A DNA stretch of 64,000 nucleotides, taken from an uncultured Planctomycetota bacterium (GTDB lineage: Bacteria; Planctomycetota; Planctomycetia; Gemmatales; Gemmataceae). This document shows, one piece after another, positions 10,221 through 20,508 of this stretch. Position 1 is the stretch's first letter. Every line of letters starts with the position of its first letter. The position numbers were made by a program, and so were the translations under genes. The notes below the pieces were generated by a model that did not search any database, was not told the origin of the DNA, and saw only the letters and a program-made list of their open reading frames with translations. The DNA is taken from assembly GCA_963849325.1 (NCBI GenBank), contig CAWKHF010000012.1, positions 1,475,636 through 1,539,635 on the forward strand. The letters run 5' to 3'.

Positions 10221-10389
10221 GCGCCGCCGACGCCCTCGCCGATCTTCTGGCTGGCTTCCCGGCCCTCGCCGGCAAGGGTTGCTGATTCCAGCAGAAAGGA
10301 GAACCCATGACCAACCGGGCAATCCTCCAGACACCCAAGGTACTGCTGCGTGAAGTGGATCGGCAGCGCCAGTTTCTGCTTCGTGTCGA

Positions 10390-10476
10390 GAGCACGGCGT
10401 CATTGAGGGCATGGCGCGCGACAGACGTGAGGCGTCGGAACTGGGCGGCTTTCGTCAGGTCATGAAAGGGTTTCAT
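10390..10476 (-). pseudogene. N-terminal fragment of a putative phosphotransferase (APH/HSK-II-like)
   Basis: MKPFHDLTKAAQFRRLTSVARHAL; the start overlaps the end of the GNAT gene. Confidence 0.35.
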
Positions 10477-10692
10477 GCTGATGGATCACATACAGGTCGC
10501 GGAGGTTGCCGCGGAACAGCACTTGTTTCTCATACCGCAGCCCGGTCTTCTCGGCGACGCGGAGGGACGGCCCGTTGCGCGGGTCGATGACGGAAACCAG
10601 ACGCGGCAGTGCCAGAATGCCAAAAGCGTAGTCGCGGGTCGCCGCCGCTGCCTCCGTCGCCAGCTCACGCCCCCAGTACGCGCGGGCCAGGC
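10460..10692 (-). pseudogene. C-terminal fragment of a RimJ/RimL GNAT acetyltransferase (not in the ORF track)
   Basis: Minus-strand frame reads LARAYWGRELATEAAAATRDYAFGILALPRLVSVIDPRNRASLRVAEKTGLRYE...HETLS*. Confidence 0.8.
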
Positions 10693-10753
10693 GCGCTCAA
10701 CATCAAGGGTATGTTGGCGAATGGCCCACGCCCCCAGTACGCGCGGGCCAGGC
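10666..10753. repeat. Perfect 27-bp direct repeat flanking a 34-bp insert
   Basis: CACGCCCCCAGTACGCGCGGGCCAGGC at 10666-10692 and 10727-10753. Confidence 0.95.
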
Positions 10754-10786
10754 TCCTTTCTCTTCATGCCGTCAGGAGGACCGACC

Positions 10787-10990
10787 GTGGACGAGTCCAC
10801 CCCGAACATGCTGCGCGCCGTCGAGGAGGCGGCCGCCCGCTTGGTCGAAGAATGCCGCAAGGCTGGCCCGATCTACGCCCGTGATCCGAAGATCGTGGCA
10901 CAGGTCAGCCGTACCGGCAAGTGGCACTTGAACGCCATCGCCGCCCTGCGCAAGTCACTCGCCGCGCCTGGTGATGAACCGCAAGCGTAA
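10787..10990 (+). CDS. Small hypothetical protein or fragment
   Basis: AGGAGG RBS before GTG; 67 aa. Confidence 0.45.
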   Translation: MDESTPNMLRAVEEAAARLVEECRKAGPIYARDPKIVAQVSRTGKWHLNAIAALRKSLAAPGDEPQA

Positions 10991-11042
10991 CGCCGTCACG
11001 TCCCCCCTTCACCCGTTCCCTCTTCTCCCGGAGAAAACGCGC

Positions 11043-11378
11043 ATGGCATACCTCGGCGCTCTGCTGATCTTTCTGCTGACCACCATCGTGATCTGGTTCA
11101 CCGCCGTCGCTCTCTACCACCTGCTCACGGACGGGCCGGACCTGCGCCAGAACCCCAACTTCATCGTGGTGAACATCGGGACGATCGTTCTGGTCACGCT
11201 CAGCTCCTTCATCCCCTTCTCGGCCGGCTTCCCAATCGCCCTCGTCTTCTGGTGGCTGGCGGCCAAGAACTTCCTGAAACTGCCTCTGTTCCGGGCGTTG
11301 CTCCTGTTCGTGATCCTCGCCACCCTGGATTTGGTCTCGCGCCTGGCCATGAGCGGCGTCTTGAGCTGGATGAGTTGA
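11043..11378 (+). CDS. Small membrane protein (about 4 TM segments)
   Basis: GGAG RBS; hydrophobic segments. Confidence 0.7.
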   Translation: MAYLGALLIFLLTTIVIWFTAVALYHLLTDGPDLRQNPNFIVVNIGTIVLVTLSSFIPFSAGFPIALVFWWLAAKNFLKLPLFRALLLFVILATLDLVSRLAMSGVLSWMS

Positions 11379-11469
11379 TCGCAGATGGCTCGGCTCCGTC
11401 CCCAACCGGGACGGGGCCGGGCACCGCTTTCCGGGTCTGTCCAAATCGCAACTCGTTGCCATTCTAATT

Positions 11470-12695
11470 CTACTGTAACCGTTTTACCCGTCCGGCTCCC
11501 CGCGGCGTGGCGGGAACTTCTTGGTGCGGGCGTACCAGTGGTAGATGCGCGCCTCTTCATTACGCCGTAAGACGCGACTGACCTCTTCCGCGATCCGCCG
11601 CGCACTGGGTGGTGCCGGCTGGAGCAGCCGCGCGAATACCTCCCGCAGTTGCGGCACCGTCAACGCCGGGATTTTTTTCCCCCAGCCGCCGCTTCTCCAA
11701 CGCCAGAAACCACCCGGCCAACAACGACAGCGTCATGTGGTGGTGCCAACCCTCCCAGTTGCGCACCTCGTAGTGACCCAGACCCACTTCCCCCTTGGCC
11801 GCCTCCAGCGCCTCCTCCACGCCGTGCCGCCGCCCCTGCACGCCCACCACACGCTCCAGCGGTTCCCACGCCGGCGCGTTGGACAGCGTGTACCCGGTCC
11901 GCGGCTGCCCATCGACGGCACGTACCACCACCAGCCGCTCCAGTGGCCCGCAGCGGCCCTGCTCGCCTTTGGTCTGCACCCACGCCTCGGCGGCCCGCAC
12001 CACCTTGGCTCCCTTGCTTCCGTCACCCCGCTGGACCTTGTGCCAGCGCGACGCCGGCTGTGTCTTGGCCCCGTCGTCCACCCGACGCCACGGCGGGCAA
12101 CGCTTGCCCGCCGGCGCCGCCTCGTTGATGTCCCGAACCAAGGTGTCGCAGGGCACGTCGAGCACGTAGCGCCGTTGGCGGCGTCGTAGTTGGGCGCGCA
12201 AGGCCATCACACGGCCGAACTCGTCGTCGCCGGTGATCCAGCCGAAGGGCGGGTCCGCCTGCGCCCGCTCGATCAGGTCCAGGCCGATCCGCCAACTCTC
12301 CCGGAAGCGGATGTCCTGGGGAACGTGCGTGGCCCGCCGCCGCTTGCGCGAGTCGAGCCCACTCCCGGGGCAGGTAGAGTTGCCGGTCCACCAGGATGGC
12401 GACTTGGGGCGTGACGTAGGCCAGGAAGACACCGACCTGACCGTTATCGACCTTGCCCAGTCGGCCGCACCACTGCCGGCTGACGCCACAGGAGGAGCCG
12501 CCCTTCTTGGGGAAGCCGCTGGGGTCGAGCACCATCACGGCGTCGTCGTCGCCCCGGTGGCGGCGACGTGGCGGCGCAGCTCGGCCTGCACGGCGTCGTC
12601 GTCCCAGGCGCCGGCACCGACGACGTGCTGCACGGGCTTGCGTGGTCGCTTGGCCAGGTAGGCGATGGGTTCGGAGGTCTTGCGTTGCAGGTTGC
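11470..12695 (-). mobile_element. IS701-family element, degenerate and 5'-truncated transposase
   Basis: RKTSEPIA, VLDPSGFPKKG..SCGVSRQWCGRLGKVDNGQVGVF, WITGDDEFG, KGEVGLGHYEVRNWEGWHHH; several frameshifts. Confidence 0.9.
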
Positions 12696-13416
12696 TGAGG
12701 TCGATGTCGGTCGCCCGCATTTCCAGAATGTCCTGCGGTCTGCCTCCGCAGAGCCGATGGACCTCGATCATGGCCCGGACCATCCGAGGCACCAGCGGTA
12801 GTACGGCGTCCACATGCGCATCCGTCACCGACTTGATGCGAGCCTTCTCGCGGGCCTTCGCCTTGCCCTTTCTCAGCCCTTTCACGCGCATCAACGACTG
12901 GTGGACGGTGACGGGTAGTAGCTCTTCCTCGACGGCCCAGGCGAACATTCAACGGATACGGCCTACTTGCTTGTTGATGACCTTTCGGCAGAGTCCGTGC
13001 CGCAACACCTTCACCTTGATGGTGATCTTGTGCTCGGTCATGGCCTGCCGCACCGCCTTGAGCGACTTCGGGCTGAAATCCCTGGCGGTGGTGGAACCGT
13101 AGAGCTTGCGGACGAAGCGCAGCACCTGGCGGATAACAGCCTGCTCGGAGGTGGGCTGTCCATCCTTGACGTAATAGGACTGAGCGAAGCGCCAATAGCG
13201 GAGCACGAGCTGACTGACGGTGATCGGCTCAGCCGCTTCGACGGGCGGCAACGGGGGTAACTTCTGGCCGGCGAGCCATTCGGCGACGAGGCGGTGGTAT
13301 TTCTCCCAGCTCTCGGGGCTGTGGTATTTGCCCAGGTAGTGGTCTTTGCCGGCGATGGTGACGACGGCGCAGTCGCGGGCCTTGTGGAAGCGGTAAGAAG
13401 GTTGGCGGACGGTCAT
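12696..13416 (-). pseudogene. Tyrosine recombinase / phage-type integrase, inactivated
   Basis: PSYRFHKAR..AVVTIAGKDHYLGKY N-terminus and G.RP.DI catalytic-Arg region. TGA at 12949-12951; C-terminal half replaced by IS701. Confidence 0.85.
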
Positions 13417-13535
13417 GCTGCGATCCTGGTGAAGCCGGAATCCAGTATGGTACTGGATTTTTCAGGCTTTCAGGCCGCACTTCCGACCGCCGGAAGGTAC
13501 GCTTAAGTCGCGTTCGGTGAAAGGCTTCTGTCGAA

Positions 13536-13610
13536 TCGGGGCGAGAGGACTTGAACCTCCGACCTCATGGTCCCGAACCATGCGCTCTAGCCAAGCTGAG
13601 CTACGCCCCG
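13536..13610 (-). tRNA. tRNA-Pro(CGG), CCA not encoded
   Basis: CGGGGCG acceptor stem, CATGG-TTCGGGA-CCATG anticodon arm, GGTTCAAGTCC T-arm. Confidence 0.97.
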
Positions 13611-13619
13611 TCAGAGGCT

Positions 13620-13647
13620 ATCCTAGTGGGCGACGTTGATTTGTCAA
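13620..13647 (-). promoter_or_regulatory. Sigma70-like promoter of tRNA-Pro
   Basis: TTGACA-16 nt-TAGGAT ending 9 nt upstream of the tRNA. Confidence 0.6.
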
Positions 13648-13948
13648 TGTCAACGCGGCCGGGGTCGTTTCGGGTTCGGGTCTGCCGGCGAGGAGGCCAA
13701 AGCTCGCCAACCGGCCCCGATCCCGTCCGGGGAACCAACCGGAAAAATCCGGATTCGCTCTATCCACGCCGCCGACAGGTTGCTACAATCGGAGGCATTG
13801 TGGGCTTCGTGGATCGGTCCATGGACGTGATGCTCGCCTCCGTGCCATCTCCCATTCTCCTTTCCTCAGTCCATCGGTTTTCGTAGCGCGGAGCAGGTCA
13901 TCCCGATGGATGACGGTGTGCCTCGCCAGTTTCTTTCCGGAGGCCCTT

Positions 13949-14314
13949 ATGGGCAAGAAGTTGTACGTGGGCAATCTGCCCTACTCGGTCGGAGACAGTG
14001 AATTGCAGCGCCTGTTCGAGGCGCACGGCAGCGTGGTGTCGGCGCAGGTCATCATGGACCGCGACACCGGCCGCTCCAAGGGCTTCGGCTTCGTGGAGAT
14101 GGGCAACGACTCGGAAGCGCAGGCGGCCATTGCCGAGATGAACGGCAAGGAAATCGACGGCCGTTCGCTGACCGTCAATGAAGCACGTCCCAAGCCGGAC
14201 GGCGGCGGCGGCGGCGGTGGTGGCCGCGGCGGCCGCGGTGGTTACGGCGGTGGCGGCGGCGGCGGGCGCGGCGGCTACGGCGGCGGTGGTGGTGGCGGCG
14301 GCCGGCGCTATTGA
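13949..14314 (+). CDS. RRM (RNP-1) RNA-binding protein with Gly/RGG-rich tail
   Basis: KLYVGNL (RNP2), KGFGFVEM (RNP1), GGAGG RBS. Confidence 0.95.
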   Translation: MGKKLYVGNLPYSVGDSELQRLFEAHGSVVSAQVIMDRDTGRSKGFGFVEMGNDSEAQAAIAEMNGKEIDGRSLTVNEARPKPDGGGGGGGGRGGRGGYGGGGGGGRGGYGGGGGGGGRRY

Positions 14315-14421
14315 TTGATCTGGCGAAGCACGACGGGGAGGAATGCCCTCCTCCCCTACCTCTCCCGTGTCTTTCCGCGATCCCCCGGCCGCAGATGCAG
14401 CCGGGGGATTGTGTTTCTCTT

Positions 14422-15093
14422 CTACGCTTCCGCCTCCTCCCGCACCAACTCCAGAACGCTCCACAGGCTCGGGTCTTCGGCCCAGGGGAACTCGCCTTCC
14501 ACGCTGAGGGATTGTTCGCCTAGCTCCTGATCGTGGACGGCGACGTGAATCCCGAGGCGTGGGTTCTGTTCGGGGTCGAAACCGTTGAGAACGGTCGCCG
14601 GCAGAAACGCTTCGAGACGATAACCCCTGGTGCGGCGAACGATCTGGAAAGGCACACCCTCCCCGCCGACGGGGGGCGCGTCTTGCAGAGCGCGATGGAT
14701 CTTGCCCTGGACGAAGGCGGGTTCGTCCTTGTCGGGACCGCCGCCGCTGACGAGGAAATGGAACTGATGGCAATAGCGGCTGGCGCGATGGCTGGTGCGA
14801 GCATCGCGCGTATCGATCCAAACGGTAACGCCGTCGGAAAAACGCGGTCGGGATACGTCGCCGACCGGCGCCTGCTCCTTGCCGCGTACCTCGACCTGAA
14901 CGGCCAGCCCGCCCTCGTTCCAGGCCAGACGCAGTTCGGCGAACGGTTGCCGTTCGTCCATGTCCGTGAAGCCGTCGAGCCGGCAGGACGCCGGCAGGTC
15001 GAGCAAGTCCTCGCTGCCCTCACGCGGCACCTCGGCGACGTAACGGCAGGGGTAACAAACGCGAAAGAGGAACCGATTCGGTATCAACGGCAT
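14422..15093 (-). CDS. DOMON / CBM9-like conserved hypothetical protein
   Basis: FAELRLAWNEGGL, WIDTRD, YRLEAFLP motifs. Confidence 0.7.
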   Translation of the reverse strand: MPLIPNRFLFRVCYPCRYVAEVPREGSEDLLDLPASCRLDGFTDMDERQPFAELRLAWNEGGLAVQVEVRGKEQAPVGDVSRPRFSDGVTVWIDTRDARTSHRASRYCHQFHFLVSGGGPDKDEPAFVQGKIHRALQDAPPVGGEGVPFQIVRRTRGYRLEAFLPATVLNGFDPEQNPRLGIHVAVHDQELGEQSLSVEGEFPWAEDPSLWSVLELVREEAEA

Positions 15094-15110
15094 CAAGGAC
15101 TCCAGAAGAA

Positions 15111-15269
15111 TTTCACCACGGAAAACACGGAAAACACGGAAAAAAGACAAAGGCAAAAACTGAAGAGCAAACCAAACGCGGAGACGAGCAAAAGAGCGCG
15201 ACTACTGTCTCTGTGCCTCTCTTTTGCTTTTGTCTTTTTTCCGTGTTTTCCGTGTTTTCCGTGGTGAAA
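15111..15269. repeat. Long palindrome, 41-bp arms with 9-nt periodicity (CACGGAAAA)
   Basis: TTTCACCACGGAAAACACGGAAAACACGGAAAAAAGACAAA and its exact reverse complement. Confidence 0.95.
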
Positions 15270-15274
15270 GGATC

Positions 15275-16199
<925 letters not shown>

Positions 16200-16277
16200 G
16201 GTAGGGGTCCTTGTTTTTCGTGTGGCGGAGGACAAACCCACATCCAGCGTTTTCAGACGGCCTTGCGTCTCCACTTT

Positions 16278-16874
16278 TTATTGTACACGACGAGGGAGAA
16301 AAAAGGCAGAGGGGACAGCGTTGTGTCCGGTTAACGTCCGCGCCACAGCAGATCCAGCAACCGCTCGAACGTCTTCGGCGACGTGAATCAGACCGCGATG
16401 CTCGGGGCGAAGGAAACCATCCTGGACCGCGCGGTCGAGCCAGCTCAAGAGCGGATCGAAGAAGCCGGCGACGTTGAGGAGTCCGATCGGCTTGCCGTGC
16501 AAGCGGAGTTGCCGCCAGGTGAGGATCTCGAACAGCTCGTCGGCGGTGCCGAAGCCGCCCGGCAGAGCGGCGAAACCACCGGCGCGCTCGGCCATCAGCG
16601 CCTTGCGCTGGTGCATCGTCTCGACGACGTGCAGTTCCGTCAACTGTCTGTGGGCCAGTTCGCGCTCGACCATCGAACGAGGAATGACGCCGAGGACCGG
16701 GCCGCCGGCCCCCAATACGGCGTCGGCGAGGACGCCCATCAGGCCGATGTGTCCGCCACCGTAGACAAGCCCCAGTCCGCGTGCCGCCAGCGCCGCGCCG
16801 AAGCGTCGCGCGCTGTCTGCGTAGACCGCCGGCCCGCCCGTACTCGATCCGCAAAATACACACAGGTAATTCAT
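16278..16874 (-). CDS. LOG-family (TIGR00730) phosphoribohydrolase
   Basis: CVFCGSS, LVYGGG..GLMG, MHQRK, LPGGFGT.DELFE. Confidence 0.92.
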   Translation of the reverse strand: MNYLCVFCGSSTGGPAVYADSARRFGAALAARGLGLVYGGGHIGLMGVLADAVLGAGGPVLGVIPRSMVERELAHRQLTELHVVETMHQRKALMAERAGGFAALPGGFGTADELFEILTWRQLRLHGKPIGLLNVAGFFDPLLSWLDRAVQDGFLRPEHRGLIHVAEDVRAVAGSAVARTLTGHNAVPSAFFLPRRVQ

Positions 16875-18645
16875 CCCAATCGTCCCTGAGACTCCCTCTG
16901 GGAAGGTTCCGTCGCGCCGGACGCGGCGGGGAAGCGGACGCGGAAGGTCGTGCCCTGGAACGGCTCGGAGTCGATCTCCAGTTGGGCGTGGTGGTGTTCG
17001 AGGATGGCGACGACGAACGACAGGCCCAGTCCCATGCCGGTGCTGTGGCCCTCGTAGATGGCGTTATCGCGCTTAGTCGAGAAGTGCGTCTCGGCACAGC
17101 GACGCCGCACGTCCTCGGTCATGCCGGCGCCGTTGTCGCACACCTCCAGAACAACGTCGCGGTCGCGGCGGAGGGTGCGCAGCACGACGCGACCCTTCCA
17201 CGCCGCGGCGGCGATGAGCGCCTGGCGCCGGCCCGGCCCGTCGAGATCCTCCGCCTGCCGGGCGGCGTCGCGGAGGTGGTTGCGCATCTCGAAGGTGGCG
17301 TCGCGGGCGTTGAACAGCAGGTTCTCGATGGCCTGCTGCAAGTGCGAGACGTCGCCGGAGATCCACAGCGGCTCCTCCACTGCCGGCCCGCCGGCGGCGT
17401 GTACGTTCAGCTCCGGCACCAGCTCCAGTTTCCACTTCTCGCGCGCCAGCTCTTTCCAGGTCTGTTCCAACTCGCCGACCACGGCGTTGAGGTCGAGGAC
17501 GGTCGCCTCGGCGTGGCTGGGATCGCGCCGCACCGTATGCAGGATCTGCTGCAAGCGCTCCGTCACGGTGCCGAGCGTCTGCTGCACCTCGTTGAGCATC
17601 AATTCCTGGTCGGACGCCAGGCCGTCCGCTTCCAGGCAGCGGCGCAGCAGGTCGTTGGGCGCACCAGCAGGTTCTTGATGTTGTGGGCGTAGGAGCCGGC
17701 CATGATGCCGATGCTGGCCCACATTTGCGATTTCAGCTCCAGCGCCTGCCGTTCAGCCGCCTGCGTCGCCAGGCGCTGCTCGAGGAGTTGCCGTTCCGTC
17801 TCGGCGTGGCGGCGCTCGGCCTGCAATAGCAGGCGCTCGGTCTGGTCCTCCTTTTGACGGGCCAGCAGACGCTGCCGCTCGCGCTCGCGCTCGCGCCGCT
17901 GCACGATGACCATCCAGGTCAGGCTCAGGACGGTGCCGGCCACGGCCAGGGCGCTGAGTTGGCGCAGCGCTGGTGATGCGCCTGTTCGAGACGCTGCCGT
18001 TTGTTGTAAGCGTGCAGCTGATAGCGGACAGAAACGGTGACGTAGGGGTTTAAGCGGTGCTCCAGTCCCTGGTACTGGCTGGCGTCGGAGGGCAGGCCGG
18101 AGTCCCAGGTGATCGGCGCATCGAGGCGAAAGCCGTTGTCGCCGACCCGGACGGATGACAGCTCGGCCAGCGGCGTCCCTACCAACTCGAAACGCACTTG
18201 CAGCCGATAGATCAGGGGGAACAGCGGCAGCTGGCCGGAATAGAGCTTCGTGGGCGGATCGCCGAGCGTCTGTAACTGCGCGTAGATTTCCTCGTGCCGG
18301 ACGGCGAGCTGGAGAGAGAGCTGGATCTGCCGGTCGCGCAGGAGCCGGGCCTGCTCCGGGTCGTCGGGTACGGCGTGGCCCCTTAGCTGGGCGTATTCGC
18401 GCGCGGGCCAGGTAATCCTCGATCATCTCGCGAAGGGTGCCGCGGTAGCCGCGCGCCTCGTCGAGCCATTCGTGCAGGGCGGCCTGGTCGTAGCTCTCCT
18501 CGCCGTGCAGCCAGGTTTGCAGCGGCTCGCCCAGGGCGACGAGAACGAGTCCCCACAACAACAGCGGAGCGGCCAGGATGCGGGCGTAACTCCAGAAACG
18601 CCTGCGCGCCGGAGGCAGACTCGCGCTCGGATCAGTGTCCGCCAT
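16871..18645 (-). CDS. Membrane sensor histidine kinase (several frameshifts)
   Basis: Two TM segments, H-box AHNIKNLL, N-box ENLLFNARDA, DNGAGM, FSTK, GMGLGL. Confidence 0.85.
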
Positions 18646-20446
18646 GCGCGTCCCTCCCTTCCATCCGCCCATCGCTGTACGACACGGTCAACGGCTCGCC
18701 GCAGCGCTGCCAGTGCTGTCCGCGCTCGTTGTGGCCCCAGTCGCGCCGCCGCCATGCCCACACCTCGATGGTCGCTCGCGGCAGAAGGCGATCCTTGAAG
18801 TCCTCGTCCCAGATCGGCTGCAAATAGACGACGTGCTCGCCAGTGCCGCTTTGTCGCTGGCCGTCGCGGCTGAACAAGCGGATGCCCGCTTCTCCCGAGA
18901 CGATGCGGTCGTTCTCCAGCCGGGCGTCGGCGAGGCGCTCGGCCAACTCCGCGGCGTTGGCGCAGGGCGTGCCGTCCGCCGGGGCGCCCGTCTGCACCAG
19001 CGCTTCCACGATGTCGCCGAACAGCAACACGTCCTCGGTCCCCGTCTCGGCCGTGCTGTTCGGCTCGCTGTCCTCCGCACGGTCGCCGACTCCCGCGCCG
19101 GCGCGGAAACCGGCGTCCGGGTCGATCGGGTTGCGATGGCAGAAGAACACCAGCGGGAACGGTAAGTCCTGGATGTTCCAGGCGACGTGGCGATCGCGGT
19201 AGACGGTGTTGAAGGCGATGGCGTCGCCGGTGGCGACGACGACCTGGACCTGCTTGGACAGAGAGGGGACGCCGCGGACCAGGCCGCGCAGGAAGCGGCG
19301 CGACGGCTGCGATTGGCCGGCCACGATCAGCAGCGGCCGCGTTTGCGACTGGAACATCAGGGCGTCGAGCATCTCGCCGGCGACCTTGGCCTCGTAGGGA
19401 TTGGGCGTGGCGTAGGGGCCGACGCTGGAGTCGATGACGTGGGGCGTGGGCGGGATCTCCAGGCGAAAGCTGCTGGCGCTGCTGGGACGTTCGGGGTAGA
19501 GCGGCAGTCGTTGGACCGGAAAGATGCCGCCGCCGAGTGTGGGCGGCCAGCCGCCGCCGGCCAGCTGACTGATCGTCCAGGCCCACTGGTTGGCCAGATC
19601 CTGCGCGACGACCTGCCGCAGCGCGCGCCAGAAACCGTCGATGAGGTCGCGCGAGTAGGAGTCGTCGTTCCACATGGCCATGTAGACGGGATCCTTGTCG
19701 GGACGGAGGTCGTCGCGCGACCAGATGAAGTCGCTGACGGCCGTGGCCATCTGCCGGTTCGTGAAGCAGAAACGGAAGGTGCGACCGGGGTACAGGCGCG
19801 TGAGCTTGACACCGGCACGCGTCTCCGCCGCGTCTCCTTCCCCGCTGGAGCGAGCCGCCGCCGGCCCCGTCCGCGCCACCTCCACTCCCTCGGCGTAGGG
19901 GGCGACGCGGTCGGCCGTGGCCGTGGTCAGCAGCAGCAAGGGGCGATCCGCCTCAGGGAGATCCTCGGCGAGCTGGTTGAGGTGCGCCGCCAGTTCGCGG
20001 GCGTTGTCGCTGGAGCTGCCGCCGATGATGGCCAATGGCGGCGGCCGGCGCCGCAGCAGCGCCTCGATCCAGTCGCGCGTCTTCCAATCGCTCGTCAGCT
20101 TGTACCAGCGGAACACGAAGCGCGGACCGGGACCGGGACCGGACAGGGACACCTCCGGCACGGCCGTCGTCTGCCGGGGGAAGGCGGCGTTGATGTCGGC
20201 TTGCAAGCCGGGGTGATCGCCGTGCAGACGTTCCGCCGTCCGTCGTACCGCCGTGACGAAGCGCTCCCAGGACGTGGCGTTGGTGGCCGTGTACAGCCAG
20301 ACGATTTCAACGTCGCCCGAGGCGACCGGCAGCGGCGCCGGCCGGCCCTGCGCCGGCGGTCCCTGGAAGACGACAACGATGGCGCCCACGACGACCGCCG
20401 CCGACAAGGCGATCAGGATGGATGGGCGGAAGAGGTGTTTGACCAT
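18632..20446 (-). CDS. Exported hypothetical protein, possibly periplasmic-binding-protein type 1 fold
   Basis: N-terminal TM/signal; AIIGGSSSD..A, LLLTTATAD and TFRFCFTNRQMA resemble Leu/Ile/Val-binding-like motifs. Confidence 0.6.
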   Translation of the reverse strand: MVKHLFRPSILIALSAAVVVGAIVVVFQGPPAQGRPAPLPVASGDVEIVWLYTATNATSWERFVTAVRRTAERLHGDHPGLQADINAAFPRQTTAVPEVSLSGPGPGPRFVFRWYKLTSDWKTRDWIEALLRRRPPPLAIIGGSSSDNARELAAHLNQLAEDLPEADRPLLLLTTATADRVAPYAEGVEVARTGPAAARSSGEGDAAETRAGVKLTRLYPGRTFRFCFTNRQMATAVSDFIWSRDDLRPDKDPVYMAMWNDDSYSRDLIDGFWRALRQVVAQDLANQWAWTISQLAGGGWPPTLGGGIFPVQRLPLYPERPSSASSFRLEIPPTPHVIDSSVGPYATPNPYEAKVAGEMLDALMFQSQTRPLLIVAGQSQPSRRFLRGLVRGVPSLSKQVQVVVATGDAIAFNTVYRDRHVAWNIQDLPFPLVFFCHRNPIDPDAGFRAGAGVGDRAEDSEPNSTAETGTEDVLLFGDIVEALVQTGAPADGTPCANAAELAERLADARLENDRIVSGEAGIRLFSRDGQRQSGTGEHVVYLQPIWDEDFKDRLLPRATIEVWAWRRRDWGHNERGQHWQRCGEPLTVSYSDGRMEGRDAHGGH

Positions 20447-20508
20447 AATTACAAGGTACAGAGGGTGACGGACCCCAGACAAGGACGAATCTCGCGCGGA
20501 GGCGACAC

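Larger units (their letters stand above)
1..13535. mobile_element. Decayed genomic island integrated at the 3' end of tRNA-Pro (left boundary probably outside the window)
   Basis: A tyrosine integrase gene starts about 120 bp downstream of the tRNA 3' end. The region contains IS remnants and many truncated genes, in contrast to the backbone right of the tRNA. Confidence 0.7.

Noticed and set aside
8532-10310. Long antisense or alternative-frame ORFs (e.g. 8532-10310, 952-2454, 5012-6604, 50769-51965)
   Set aside because: These are high-GC shadow ORFs overlapping recognisable genes and have no motifs.
10666-10753. Mini CRISPR array
   Set aside because: Only two repeats, the repeat is GNAT coding sequence, and there are no cas genes or leader.
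1-13535. Prophage
   Set aside because: No structural, terminase or replication genes; only a dead integrase. No duplicated tRNA end was spotted by eye within the window.
14200-14310. GGC-rich repeats here and at 55380-55505 as separate repeat elements
   Set aside because: They encode the Gly/RGG tails of the RRM proteins.
15111-15269. CRISPR array or ORF extensions such as FFRVFRVFRG / HGKHGKHGK
   Set aside because: The subrepeats are contiguous 9-mers without spacers, and the peptides are translations of the palindrome.
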